64,000 nucleotides of DNA from an uncultured Methanosarcinales archaeon (GTDB lineage Archaea > Nanobdellota > Nanobdellia > Woesearchaeales > DSVV01). Numbering within the stretch: position 1 is the first letter of the stretch; each line of letters opens with the position of its first letter. The notes beneath the pieces were generated by a model that was not told where the DNA came from, made no database searches, and saw only the letters and a list, made by a program, of their open reading frames with translations. Both the position numbers and the translations under genes were made by a program. Of this stretch, positions 20,086 to 30,421 are shown piece by piece. Where the stretch lies: assembly GCA_964453185.1 (NCBI GenBank), contig CAYVNN010000004.1, forward strand, positions 128,706 through 192,705. Reading direction: 5' to 3'.

Positions 20086-20294
20086 GGGGGTGCCGGAGTG
20101 GTCAAACGGGACAGATATTTTTATTTCAACTTTTTAGAATAAAATTAGTTTAAGCTTAGGCCACTTCACTGGTGTAAAGAGTTTACAGCTGTGATTGGAA
20201 GACACCTGTTGGCTTAGTGCCTACTAGGGTTCAAACATGCTCACTAGCGTTTGGAGCTTCCAACGTTAGGGCGTTGAAAGTCCCTACCCCCTCA
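20084..20294 (+). tRNA. tRNA-Leu(TAG) with three introns (30/31: 20115-20153; 37/38: 20161-20203; 59/60: 20236-20280)
   Basis: Acceptor GAGGGGG/CCCCCTC-A; spliced anticodon arm ACAGG-CTTAGGA-CCTGT; long variable arm; T arm TAGGG-TTCAAAT-CCCTA; BHB-like motifs at each junction (37/38 relaxed). Confidence 0.88.
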
Positions 20295-20460
20295 TTTTTG
20301 ATTTCTTATTATGATTATGTGTTATATGTGGTATCTTTATATAATTTATATCTTTATTATAATAAATTATGTTAATCACTATTGGGGGGTATCGTAGTTA
20401 AACATGAGAATTCTGACCGTATGCTTCTTCTCGTGGTTTTTGTGTTTTTTAAGTATCTCT

Positions 20461-20604
20461 TCTCGACAAAAACTTTATAAACCTGAAAAATAATTTTAAG
20501 ATTTAGTGAGCTTATGCTAACTAATGTTATGTCGACGACAAAATGTGGTTGTTGCACAGAGGCATTATCATATGCTGTATGACGACATAAACTTTATAAA
20601 GCAC
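20461..20604 (+). promoter_or_regulatory. Tandem BRE-TATA-like promoters upstream of the S-layer gene
   Basis: CGACAAAAACTTTATAAA (~20464) and CGACATAAACTTTATAAA (~20583); long 5' leader before the GGAGGTG RBS. Confidence 0.55.
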
Positions 20605-20727
20605 ATGACTCACAAACACAGGAAAGATAGCACGGCAAGAGATGTGTGTCTTAAAATTTGTTAACACTTAGTAGCCTAGGAGAAAACAAAAAGAAAAACA
20701 AGTGTTAAAAAACTCGGAGGTGTCAAA

Positions 20728-23199
20728 ATGCGAGTAAATAAAACAATTAAGAAGATTGCTTCTGTAGGAGTAGCAGTCGGAATGGTTGGCGCAACCTTAA
20801 TGGGAGCGGCAATGGCAGCAGACCTCAGCGAATACCCGTATATGTTTATCGAAGACGGAAACTTTAATGGGTTATTGGTAGTAGGAGCTGATGCAAGAGC
20901 AGAAGATATTATTGGAATAACTAATATCGCAACAAGCTTACAGACAGTATCTGTTAAAACAACAGTAGTTAGTTCTGGTGCAGGAAGCAGTTCAGATAGA
21001 GTGACTGTGACTGATGGAGTAGAACTATGTGATAGAGATCTATTTGTAGGTCAAGCAATCTCTGGTTGTGAAGCAAGTGTCGATGATGCAGAATTACCTG
21101 ATTTATTAGGTGATGATATTTATCATGACGCAGAAGGAGATAATGACAATGATGAAAGGTATACACAAGAAGTCTTGTTCCAAACAAACGTAACAGGTGT
21201 TTTTAAGTTTGATCAAGATGACGATGATGCACCAGTTGCAGATACATATGTCTTCATAGACGACTCAAATGCTTACTTCTATAATTATACATTGAAGTTT
21301 GATGATAGAGCAGACTATGATAATACATCTTCAACAACTGCAGCAGACGATATTGAAGGAACAACACTAACTATTCAAGGAAGAGAATACACAATTACAG
21401 ATGTTAAGGTTTCATCAGGTCAGTTATCTGAAATTGAGATGCAGGCTGGAGAAACAGTTGTCTGGATGAGTGAAGGAGAAACAGTTGATAGAACAGTTGA
21501 TGGTGTAAGTCATTCAATTGAAATGATTGACGTTACAGGCGATGCAACAGAAAGCACAGGTTCATGTGGTTTCAAAATTGATGGAACAACAGCATGGATT
21601 GATGTTGATGATACAGACACAATAAATGGTGTTACAATTGGTGTTATCGATGCAAAAGCTGTTAATATTGAAGCACAAGACCAGGATGTATGTAAGGTTG
21701 TAATCGGAGCTCATGAAATTAAGTTAGTTGATACAGACGAACTTGAAATTAATGATGAAGATGTAGATGGAACATACTGTGAAATTTCAGAAAAAACAAC
21801 AGCATCTGAAGGAAGATGGAGTGGATTTAGTATTTCATTTGCCCCAGACTTAGATGAAGTATATTTAGGACCTGGAGATGAGTATATTGATCCAATCTTA
21901 GGAAACTTCAAATTTGTATTTGGTGGAGTTAACACAGGCGGAATTGAAACCTTTGAATGGGTAACAGGCAGTACAAGCGGTTATCTAAGATTCTCTAATG
22001 AGGATGGAAGAGAAGTTGAAATTCCACTATGTGCAGATGAAAATTCACCTGGATATGATAGTAGTGAAGCTTCAAATGAGCCAGTATATTTAGGTGACGA
22101 TGCTCCAACAACAAGTGACAATAATGAAGACAAAGCATTATATCTTGAAGGTGAAGTTTGTAGTGGAAGTAGTTCAGATGTTTCAAATTGTGTAGGTGCA
22201 ATGTTTTTAGTAATTACATCAACAACAAATGAAGCACACATAGTTGAAATTACAAACATTGATACAAATGACAACCAAATGGACTTTAGAGACTTAACAT
22301 ATGGAACAGAAGACAAAGATTTGGACTATACAAATGGAACAGATATGGGCTTTGCTTTAAGTGGTGGTGTTGGTACCATTAACTTGTCAGTTGATGAATC
22401 AGCAGGAATCATTAATTTTACAAGTACTGGAACAGCATCTGGTGCAACAATTGAAACACTTGAAGAAGCATCATTGGCTATTTTGAACTCAGATCTTGTT
22501 AACCAAACATATGAAGGATGGAACTTCTCTGAAGGAAATGATGGTGACATCAATGTATATCTATCTGATTATACTGTATATGCAGTCTATGATGATTCAG
22601 ATGATAGTACCATTGAATTCAATCATACAACATTGAGTACAACAGATGGATATGGTTGGGCAGATGAAAGTTCTGACAATGATGACTTTGTAAAGTTCTA
22701 TACATTGAAAGGTTCTTTGATTACATATGACCAAGAAGACAAACAAAGTTTAGTAATTGAACATCCACACGATGCAGTATATGCAGAAGTGTATATAGCT
22801 CCAACAGATGCTGATACACTTGAAGTTGCAGATGAAGGCGCTGTAAGTGAAGAAGTTCAAAAGATCAGTGTTAATGCAGTTAAGCTGGACTCCGAAGTAA
22901 CAAGTGTTACAGATAAAAACATTGTTGCAGTAGGTGGACCATGTGCTAACTCAGTTGTTGCTGAATTAATGGGCAACCCAGCTGAATGTGAAACATCACT
23001 AGGCATTAGCAGTGGACAAGCTTTGATTAAGTTGTACGAAAACGGTGACTATGTAGCAGTTGTTATTGCAGGTCAAGACGCTATGGATACCAGATTAGCA
23101 TGTCAGATTATGTCTAACTGGGATGACTACAGCTTGACAGGCGACGAAATGGTTGCAACCACAGTTAGTGAAAGCAGCTTAAGCGTAACAGCTCAATAG
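20728..23199 (+). CDS. S-layer protein
   Basis: IKKIASV signal, ADLSEYPYMF...VVGADA N-domain and C-terminal NIVAVGGPCAN...IAG-x-D-x-x-DT domain; acidic; strong RBS and poly-T terminator. Confidence 0.92.
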   Translation: MRVNKTIKKIASVGVAVGMVGATLMGAAMAADLSEYPYMFIEDGNFNGLLVVGADARAEDIIGITNIATSLQTVSVKTTVVSSGAGSSSDRVTVTDGVELCDRDLFVGQAISGCEASVDDAELPDLLGDDIYHDAEGDNDNDERYTQEVLFQTNVTGVFKFDQDDDDAPVADTYVFIDDSNAYFYNYTLKFDDRADYDNTSSTTAADDIEGTTLTIQGREYTITDVKVSSGQLSEIEMQAGETVVWMSEGETVDRTVDGVSHSIEMIDVTGDATESTGSCGFKIDGTTAWIDVDDTDTINGVTIGVIDAKAVNIEAQDQDVCKVVIGAHEIKLVDTDELEINDEDVDGTYCEISEKTTASEGRWSGFSISFAPDLDEVYLGPGDEYIDPILGNFKFVFGGVNTGGIETFEWVTGSTSGYLRFSNEDGREVEIPLCADENSPGYDSSEASNEPVYLGDDAPTTSDNNEDKALYLEGEVCSGSSSDVSNCVGAMFLVITSTTNEAHIVEITNIDTNDNQMDFRDLTYGTEDKDLDYTNGTDMGFALSGGVGTINLSVDESAGIINFTSTGTASGATIETLEEASLAILNSDLVNQTYEGWNFSEGNDGDINVYLSDYTVYAVYDDSDDSTIEFNHTTLSTTDGYGWADESSDNDDFVKFYTLKGSLITYDQEDKQSLVIEHPHDAVYAEVYIAPTDADTLEVADEGAVSEEVQKISVNAVKLDSEVTSVTDKNIVAVGGPCANSVVAELMGNPAECETSLGISSGQALIKLYENGDYVAVVIAGQDAMDTRLACQIMSNWDDYSLTGDEMVATTVSESSLSVTAQ

Positions 23200-23204
23200 A
23201 ACTG

Positions 23205-23238
23205 AAAGAATTTTTTCTTTCTTTTTTCTTTTTTTTTT
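23205..23238 (+). terminator. Oligo-T terminator after the S-layer gene
   Basis: AAAGAATTTTTTCTTTCTTTTTTCTTTTTTTTT directly after the stop; similar tracts follow many genes in the window. Confidence 0.6.
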
Positions 23239-23312
23239 GATAACAAAAACTAATTCTTAGAAATTTAATCATTTTTTATATTTGATATTGAGCCAATGCT
23301 GTGATTTCTATA

Positions 23313-23425
23313 AGCAATAGTAGCACAGCGGCTCTGCCACTAAGGATAATTATAAGTACGAACCGTGTTCTGACGTCATTCTATAGTATAGTTTGATAGT
23401 GAGCCAAGGCGGTGCTACTATTGTT
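23313..23425 (+). repeat. Family A element
   Basis: GCAATAGTAGCAC-AGCGGCTCTG-28 nt-GTGTTCTGACG-21 nt-TAGTGAGCCAAGGC-G-GTGCTACTATTGT. Confidence 0.92.
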
Positions 23426-23448
23426 ATTTTAATTGTTAATGTTTAACC

Positions 23449-24654
23449 TTATAACATTGTAGCAACAATTATATTATGTTTTGTTCTAATTATCTTAGCT
23501 TTGACTGTGCCTTTATCTTTTTTACAGTTAATTACTGAGACTACTCTGCCTCTAGAAACAGCTAATTTCTCGTTAATAAATCTTCCAGGTGATATTATAT
23601 CTAATTTTAATATTTCATCCTTTTTGAATGGATTCTTTAATTGCTTGCATTTCTTAATTTTAAAATCATCAGGACCAAGTATTAACTTGATTTTGTATTC
23701 TTTTTCATATTCTTTTAGTTCTGAATAAAATTCATCCCATGATTTCTGTTTTGCAGGTTTTCTTCCATTTTTATAATATAGGTAATTTTGTATTCCTATT
23801 TCTACTTTATTTTCTTTTGCAAATTTTATTATTTTTGAAATTTCATTATCATTTATTCCTGGAACCCATACTGGTGCAATAGTTATCTTAATAGGATTAT
23901 TCTTAAGATATTTTACTAATTCAATTGAATGATTAATATTATAATGATTAGATCCTGCCATCTTCTTAGCAAGTTCTTTATCTATTGAATTAATTGAGAT
24001 ATTGATTCTTGTTAAACCTGCTTTAATAAGTTTATCTGCTATTGTTTTACTGATTAATTGTGCATTTGTGTCCATAGAAATTCGTTTAATTTCATTGATT
24101 TTGGATAGTTCTTCTATTAATGGAATTAATTCAGCATATAATAAGGGTTCTCCTTGTACTCCTATATGTACTTCAATGTCATTACATTCTTTTTCTTTTA
24201 TTACTTTGATTAATTCTTGTATTAAATAATCTTTTTCAATTACAATGTCTATTGTTTTATTTGGGTTTGATTCATTGACAGAACAATAAATACAGTCAAG
24301 ATTACATCCAGTAACAGGTTTAATTTCAATGATGTTGGAGCCTCTGTCTACTATTCCAAATGATCCACTTCCAACTAAAGGAATTCCTGAATTTTGATGG
24401 ATATATAGTGTTTTTTTATTATTTAATGTATTTCTTAATTTAGTGAATCCAATGTCTATTAATCTCATAAATTTGTTATTAGCTGATTTTTCGCTTATTG
24501 ATGGGAATTCGATTGAATTAGTATTTAATTTATGTTTTTCTATCTTGGTTAAGGCTTCTTTTTCTATATGAAAATAATAATTTTTAAGAAAAATAACCTT
24601 AATTCTATTAGCTTCATCTTTGAATTTTAGGGTTTTGAATTCTAATTTTGCCAT
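23449..24654 (-). CDS. Radical SAM protein with a C-terminal TRAM-like domain
   Basis: CNLDCIYC; GIVDRGSNIIEIKP; GVQGEP; C-terminal beta-rich TRAM-like tail. Confidence 0.9.
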   Translation of the reverse strand: MAKLEFKTLKFKDEANRIKVIFLKNYYFHIEKEALTKIEKHKLNTNSIEFPSISEKSANNKFMRLIDIGFTKLRNTLNNKKTLYIHQNSGIPLVGSGSFGIVDRGSNIIEIKPVTGCNLDCIYCSVNESNPNKTIDIVIEKDYLIQELIKVIKEKECNDIEVHIGVQGEPLLYAELIPLIEELSKINEIKRISMDTNAQLISKTIADKLIKAGLTRINISINSIDKELAKKMAGSNHYNINHSIELVKYLKNNPIKITIAPVWVPGINDNEISKIIKFAKENKVEIGIQNYLYYKNGRKPAKQKSWDEFYSELKEYEKEYKIKLILGPDDFKIKKCKQLKNPFKKDEILKLDIISPGRFINEKLAVSRGRVVSVINCKKDKGTVKAKIIRTKHNIIVATML

Positions 24655-24748
24655 TATTGTTGTATTTACATTGACCTTTATAAATGTAATTGTCTCTTGA
24701 TTACTGTAATGAATAATTTTATATAGCTTTTTTATATCCTAAATTGAT

Positions 24749-25516
24749 ATGGAGGGGGAAAATTCACAGCAGGTTAATATTAGTATTACATATGAGACTC
24801 TTTTTGAGATGATTAGGTTAGAGAAAACTAAGAATGATTTACAGAAGTTGAGTCCTACTTTTTTTGCTGATTTTATTCAATATTTTAAAGAAAAAAATGC
24901 AATATTAAGAAGAAAGGAACAGGATTCTGACTTGTTTAATGCAGAAGAAATTAGAAAATTAAGGACCCAGATTGAGAATATTATTAAATTGTTTAATGAA
25001 TTATATACTAGAAGAGAAAGAAAGATTGTTGATATGGCATTGAATAAGGTTAAGACTAATTCTGATCAAATTAACTTGTCTACTCTTTTGAAAGAAGAAA
25101 GGATTTTTTATGATATGTTAGTTGAAAGATTAAATTTACAAAGAAAAGAAGTCTTGAATAGAGTTGTTACTCTTAAAGAACCAGATGTTAGAAGACCAAT
25201 TGTTAATAATGTTGTAGAGAATGAGGAAAAGAAAATTGTTGTTGATCAAGAAAAAGAAGTAGTTATTAATCAAGAAGTTCAAAATACAGTTTCTCAGAAT
25301 ACTGTTACTCAACAAGAAAAAATAGTTGAGAAGTTAGAAACTGATAAGAAGGAATCAGAAAAATTAGTTAGATTTATTAGTGCGATTCCTAAATTTTTAG
25401 GTCCTGAATTAGAAGTATTTGGACCTTTTTTTGAGGAAGATATGGTTACATTACCGACAAAGATTGCTGATATATTAATTAAAAAAGGAAGAGCAGAAGA
25501 AATAACTATGGCTTAA
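24749..25516 (+). CDS. DNA replication GINS subunit (Gins51-like)
   Basis: ITYETL...EK...LQKLSPTFF and RRERKI; C-terminal B-domain IPKFLG-x-EL-x-x-FGPF...LP...LI-x-KG-x-AE. Confidence 0.85.
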   Translation: MEGENSQQVNISITYETLFEMIRLEKTKNDLQKLSPTFFADFIQYFKEKNAILRRKEQDSDLFNAEEIRKLRTQIENIIKLFNELYTRRERKIVDMALNKVKTNSDQINLSTLLKEERIFYDMLVERLNLQRKEVLNRVVTLKEPDVRRPIVNNVVENEEKKIVVDQEKEVVINQEVQNTVSQNTVTQQEKIVEKLETDKKESEKLVRFISAIPKFLGPELEVFGPFFEEDMVTLPTKIADILIKKGRAEEITMA

Positions 25517-25521
25517 TTGTT

Positions 25522-25627
25522 ATTAGCACTACAGCGGCTCTGGTACGATGTTAATTATGAAGTACGTATCTTATCTTTACGCTATTATAAATTAAATAAG
25601 ATAGTGAGCCAAGGCGGTAATGCTAAT
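25522..25627 (+). repeat. Family A element
   Basis: ATTAGCACTAC-AGCGGCTCTG-28 nt-TTATCTTTACG-20 nt-TAGTGAGCCAAGGC-G-GTAATGCTAAT. Confidence 0.92.
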
Positions 25628-25630
25628 TTA

Positions 25631-27214
25631 TTATTTAGTTATATTGTAAATATATATTGAATATCCTATATTATCTATTGGTTCATGTTCTTTGATCCAA
25701 TCAATACATCCTTCTTGTGTGTTTGTTAAGTCTTGTAAAAAGTTTACACTTATTGCAATTAATCCTTCTCCATCATAACAAGGGATTTGTTCATAATTAT
25801 TAATTCCTCTTAGTTCTGGTGGTTCATGTGTAAATACTGATAATTTAATTGATTCGTTTTCTAGGTTATGTTCTGAGACCCATTCACCTAATCCCTTTAG
25901 ATCTTGGCCCCATGCAATATTTGAATCAAGTAAGTAATTATATCCTTGTTCTGGTCCACCTGTTGCCACATTGAAATATGCAAGATAATGTGGATAGATT
26001 AATATGTTAGATAATAAGTAACATATTCCAATGATTATTAAAAATATGTAAAAATATTTTTTATAGTTAATATCTATTTTTATGTTTATTATTTTACTTA
26101 CAAATACAAATATGAAAGGAAATATTGGAAGAATATGTCTTAAACCTATGTTTATATTGTTGAGCATAAATGCAATAAGGTATAATACAATAGGAATGAT
26201 TATGAATAATTCATTTTTAATACTTATGTCTTTAATTTTTTTAAAGATTGTTAGGGTTATCGTCGACAATATTAATAGTATTGTTGGAATTGGTGTTTTG
26301 AATAAGAATGCTAATGGGAAATAATACCACCAGCCTTGTGTAGAATGCATACCCATTAAAAATGAAGCATGTCCTTGTGTAGAATGGTTTATAACAAAGT
26401 TTAGTCCTTCAAAATAATAATGAAATTCTTTAAAACCATATGTTAATGAGAGGATGAATAAACCAATTAGTCCTATGATTATAATTAATATGAACATGTT
26501 AATTGAATATTTTGTTAGTTTATTTTTATCAAAGTTTTTGTCTTTTGTCTTTAGGTATATGTGTGTAAAAAATAATATTCCTATGATTGGAATTAAGAAT
26601 ATCCCTGTAAATTTTGCTGAGCATGCTAAGCCTAAGAAAATACCTGTTTTAATTAAATTTGATTTTGTTCTTTTTTTACAAAATTTCCAAAAATAATATA
26701 CTGTAATGAATAGGAATGCTGTTATTCCCATATCTGTTTGAACAATTCTTGAATGGGTAAGTATGTTTGGACTAAATATGTATAAAAATAAAGCAATAAA
26801 TCCTGCTTTTATTCCATATAATTCTTTTGACCATTTAAAGACATAGAATCCAAGGAGGAGTGCTGTTAAGACAATAGGAATTCTACTCCAGAATAATATT
26901 TGATCTGTATTATTGTTTGTTTCAAATAAAAATTCTTTTCCAAAGTTCCATTCATCTGTGTTCTTCCAGTATTGGCTATTTTTATTAAAGTTTAAGTCGA
27001 GAAATAATAATGGAATTCCTCCTGATAATTTCATTAATGGTGGATGTTCTGGATTCATTCTATAATCAAATGTTTTCCAATAAGAATATCCAGCAGGAAT
27101 ATGTGCTGTTTCATCAACTGTTGTTGATTTTTGTGCCATACTAGATGTTGCTAAGATAAACATTAATACTAACATTAATGCAACAATTATTTTAGTATAG
27201 GCCTTTCCAATCAT
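25631..27214 (-). CDS. GT-C (PMT/ArnT, GT39-like) membrane glycosyltransferase
   Basis: TVDETAH, EHPPLMK, multi-TM, AKFTG and NIGLRH motifs. Confidence 0.88.
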   Translation of the reverse strand: MIGKAYTKIIVALMLVLMFILATSSMAQKSTTVDETAHIPAGYSYWKTFDYRMNPEHPPLMKLSGGIPLLFLDLNFNKNSQYWKNTDEWNFGKEFLFETNNNTDQILFWSRIPIVLTALLLGFYVFKWSKELYGIKAGFIALFLYIFSPNILTHSRIVQTDMGITAFLFITVYYFWKFCKKRTKSNLIKTGIFLGLACSAKFTGIFLIPIIGILFFTHIYLKTKDKNFDKNKLTKYSINMFILIIIIGLIGLFILSLTYGFKEFHYYFEGLNFVINHSTQGHASFLMGMHSTQGWWYYFPLAFLFKTPIPTILLILSTITLTIFKKIKDISIKNELFIIIPIVLYLIAFMLNNINIGLRHILPIFPFIFVFVSKIINIKIDINYKKYFYIFLIIIGICYLLSNILIYPHYLAYFNVATGGPEQGYNYLLDSNIAWGQDLKGLGEWVSEHNLENESIKLSVFTHEPPELRGINNYEQIPCYDGEGLIAISVNFLQDLTNTQEGCIDWIKEHEPIDNIGYSIYIYNITK

Positions 27215-27911
27215 TGACTTTCACCTTAAGTAAATCTAAGAACATGCTAATTGAATCTTTTATTGGATCTACTTTACTTCCTTCATCATTTATCCAAACA
27301 ACAGGGAGTTCTTTTATATTTAATTTATATTTTCTTGCAATATATAATATCTCGACGTCAAATGCAAATCTTTCCATTGTTTGTTTTTCAAATATTTTTT
27401 TTGCTGCTTCTTTTTTAAATAATTTAAATCCACATTGTGTATCTTTTATTCCTTTAACAGCAATAAGTTTTACTAGTAATGGAAAAATTTTACCAAGTGT
27501 ACTTCTTATTAAAGGTTGTTTTATTTTTATATCTGATTCTTTCATATTTCTAGATGCAATAATTATGTCATAATTATTTATATATTTAAGAAAATTATCT
27601 AATTCTTCTATTGGTGTTGAGTTGTCTGCATCTGTGAATAATATTAAATCTTTTTTAGCTTCAAGCATACCTCTTCTTACAGTATAACCTTTGCCTCTGT
27701 TAGGTATGTTTTTTAGAATTGTTAAGTTGTTTTCTTTTATCTGTGAAACTGTTTGTATTGTTTTATCTTTACTTCCATCGTCAACAACAACAATCTCATA
27801 ATCAAATCCTCTTTTTTTAAGATATTTTAATATTAATTGGATTGTTTTATTTATTCTCTTTTCTTCATTATATGCAGGAATTACAATTGATATGCTTGTT
27901 TTTTTCACCAT
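27192..27911 (-). CDS. Dolichyl-phosphate glycosyltransferase (GT2, ALG5/DPM1-like)
   Basis: IPAYNEE, VDDGSKD, NRGKG, FTDAD, DTQCGFKLF and FDVEIL motifs. Confidence 0.93.
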   Translation of the reverse strand: MVKKTSISIVIPAYNEEKRINKTIQLILKYLKKRGFDYEIVVVDDGSKDKTIQTVSQIKENNLTILKNIPNRGKGYTVRRGMLEAKKDLILFTDADNSTPIEELDNFLKYINNYDIIIASRNMKESDIKIKQPLIRSTLGKIFPLLVKLIAVKGIKDTQCGFKLFKKEAAKKIFEKQTMERFAFDVEILYIARKYKLNIKELPVVWINDEGSKVDPIKDSISMFLDLLKVKVNDWKGLY

Positions 27912-28039
27912 TTTATTATCTAAATATTCTTTTTTATTTAAATATTGTTTTATGATTATTCTTTACATATTTAAATATCCGATAATTTTATAAATACTTC
28001 ATTTTAAATATGATTATCATAATAATGGGTGTTTAAACA

Positions 28040-28348
28040 ATGAAATTACCAAAAACAACTAAAAGGCTTTGTCCATACTGTAAGAAGCACACAGAGCATA
28101 AGACTACTCAAACAAAGAGGAAAAAAGCGTCCTCATTATCATTGGGGTCTAAATACAGGGCTAAAAAGCGAGGATTAGCTAGGGGAACCGGTAATCTTGG
28201 AAGATATTCAAAACCAGCTATTACTAAGTTTAAATTAACTGGTAAGAAGCAGTCAAAGAAGACTGATTTAAGGTATGAATGTAGTGTGTGTAAAAAGACT
28301 CATGTTCAGAAAACTGGAATACGGGCAAAAAGAGTAGAATTAGTTTAA
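28040..28348 (+). CDS. rpl44e: 50S ribosomal protein L44e
   Basis: CPYCKKHTEH...KK-x-DL-x-YECSVC. Confidence 0.95.
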   Translation: MKLPKTTKRLCPYCKKHTEHKTTQTKRKKASSLSLGSKYRAKKRGLARGTGNLGRYSKPAITKFKLTGKKQSKKTDLRYECSVCKKTHVQKTGIRAKRVELV

Positions 28349-28653
28349 TTTGATCCTGCAGAACCTTTTTTATTTATTCTATCTTTGTATTTTTGTGTTA
28401 CAATTTTTAGTGCTTCTTCTAGATCTACATTAAAGTAATTAGCTATTGTTATTAATGAATAAAAGGTATCTCCTATTTCTAATCTTATCTTTTCATTTGG
28501 TATTAGTTTTTTTCTCCCATAATTACTCATTTTAAGAACTTCTTTTGAGATCTCTCCTGTTTCAGATACTAAGTCTAAAACTCGATGTTCAATAGGTGAT
28601 TCAAGATTGTTTTCTTTGCAAAATTCTTTTATTTGTTTTTGTATCTTTTTCAT
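28345..28653 (-). CDS. MazG-like nucleotide pyrophosphohydrolase
   Basis: DLVSETGEISKE...EIGD motif; likely ATG at 28653 overlapping the upstream stop. Confidence 0.85.
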   Translation of the reverse strand: MKKIQKQIKEFCKENNLESPIEHRVLDLVSETGEISKEVLKMSNYGRKKLIPNEKIRLEIGDTFYSLITIANYFNVDLEEALKIVTQKYKDRINKKGSAGSN

Positions 28654-29552
28654 TATATCAATAATCCCCACAATTGACTTCCTATTAATAACACTATTAA
28701 ATATGCAGCTAAGAAGCTTGGTACAAATGGTATGCCATATTTGACCCATATTTTGTTTATCTTTTTTTGTTTTTTAAGTTTTAGAAGTTGTTGTATTTGT
28801 TCTTTTTCTATACCTAAATCTTTTGGTCCACAAATATATTTATTGTTAATTTTTACTTCTTTTGCTATCCAGTCACCTTCTGTAACTTTTTCTATAGCTA
28901 TTTGTTTTATCATACAAACTTTTTCAACAACTTTGACCATTATTGATAAGTAAAATGTAATAACTGTTACTGTTATTAATCCAAAGATTAATATTAAGGT
29001 ATTTGTGTTTTTTATAAAAAATAATGATAATAAACCAATGACTACAATTATTAACATAATTATTCTAATGTATATTATTTTCTTTTGTGAGAGGATCTTC
29101 TTAGCTTCTTTTAAAACTTGTTTCCATTTAATTAATGCAGATACAATTGTCCATATTAATCCATACAATGATCCTGCAACCAGACTAAAAATAAAGAATA
29201 ATATCAATGTAGGAGGATTAGATAACCAATGTTGTATTATGTTTGTTAAAGGCCATGTTAATTCTAAGCCAATCAATGCTCCAAGTCCCATTAAAATCTT
29301 ACTATCTCCTCCACCCCATTGTCCTGTGTAAAACATTATGTATGCAATTATGAACATTAATGTGAAACCAGCAAGACCTTCAAAGAAATATATCCATTCA
29401 TTTGTGATAATGCTTTGTGCTAAATGAAGTGTAATCCCAATGAATATTAATGAATAGTTTAAGAAATTAGGTACCTCTCTTGTTTTAATGTCTGTTAGAC
29501 TTGCAATGATTAAGGCAACCAATGCAATGATTGTAATTATTATGTTTAACAT
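28653..29552 (-). CDS. A24 prepilin/preflagellin peptidase (FlaK/PibD-like)
   Basis: SLTDIKTREVPN, WGGGDSK and GIPFVPSF motifs. Confidence 0.92.
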   Translation of the reverse strand: MLNIIITIIALVALIIASLTDIKTREVPNFLNYSLIFIGITLHLAQSIITNEWIYFFEGLAGFTLMFIIAYIMFYTGQWGGGDSKILMGLGALIGLELTWPLTNIIQHWLSNPPTLILFFIFSLVAGSLYGLIWTIVSALIKWKQVLKEAKKILSQKKIIYIRIIMLIIVVIGLLSLFFIKNTNTLILIFGLITVTVITFYLSIMVKVVEKVCMIKQIAIEKVTEGDWIAKEVKINNKYICGPKDLGIEKEQIQQLLKLKKQKKINKIWVKYGIPFVPSFLAAYLIVLLIGSQLWGLLI

Positions 29553-29582
29553 TTTCTCTTTTTTTTAATGATGGTTCTTTTG

Positions 29583-29691
29583 TAATAGTACCGCCGCCTT
29601 GGCTCACTATATTATTTATCTTATTATGACGTAAGGATACGGTACGTACATTGTAATATTTCATAGTACCAGAGCCGCTGCGGTACTATTA
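29583..29691 (-). repeat. Family A element
   Basis: Minus strand: TAATAGTACCGC-AGCGGCTCTG-29 nt-GTATCCTTACG-20 nt-TAGTGAGCCAAGGC-G-GCGGTACTATTA. Confidence 0.92.
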
Positions 29692-29697
29692 TTGTAA

Positions 29698-30363
29698 TCA
29701 TAAAAATCCTAATGCTTCATCTATTGTTACAGCTTCTACTCCTGTGGTAGCTTCTCCAATAATGATGCCATTTGAATTAGTTAGTATTCCTGCTTTTACA
29801 TAAGGACTACCAAAGTTAACTGTTGCTCTTATTGGTTTTAGTTTTAGTAATTTTTTGACTTGAGCAATGTTTTCTTCTGTAGCACATGAATGAATTACAA
29901 CACCTTTTGAATTATGTGCACAACATGCACCAACAACTTCAATGTCTGCAATCATTCCAGGGTTTAATGGAACATTAAGTGCTGTTCTTATCTCTTTCTT
30001 TGTTTTTGCACTAAAATCTGGATTAACTAAACAACCATTATCATTACAAAGAATATTATTTCCAAATGCAGTTAGTTTTGTGTCAATTATTTTATATTCA
30101 ATATTTAATTTTTCTATTACTTTTAATTCATTGTCTTCAATTATATTTGGTAATAATAAACAATTATTATTTCCTGTACATAATGCACCAATTAATGAGG
30201 TTTTTCCAATTGTAATTTGGTGAACAGGAACCTTTAGTATTTTTCCTATCTTTTGAGCTAATTTTTTTTGTACAGTTTTACCTAATAAACAGTATGAATC
30301 AGTACAATAACCGTATAGCCCTATATTAGGGTTTTTGTTTATGTTTGTTTTTAATATATGCAT
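29698..30363 (-). CDS. eif6: Translation initiation factor aIF6
   Basis: NPNIGLY, AFGNNILCND, ATVNFGSPYV and TTGVE...IDEAL motifs. Confidence 0.95.
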   Translation of the reverse strand: MHILKTNINKNPNIGLYGYCTDSYCLLGKTVQKKLAQKIGKILKVPVHQITIGKTSLIGALCTGNNNCLLLPNIIEDNELKVIEKLNIEYKIIDTKLTAFGNNILCNDNGCLVNPDFSAKTKKEIRTALNVPLNPGMIADIEVVGACCAHNSKGVVIHSCATEENIAQVKKLLKLKPIRATVNFGSPYVKAGILTNSNGIIIGEATTGVEAVTIDEALGFL

Positions 30364-30421
30364 TTTATTTAAAATTCCTCACACAATTTTTAATTCCAAA
30401 AAACATATAGTATGTTTTTTG

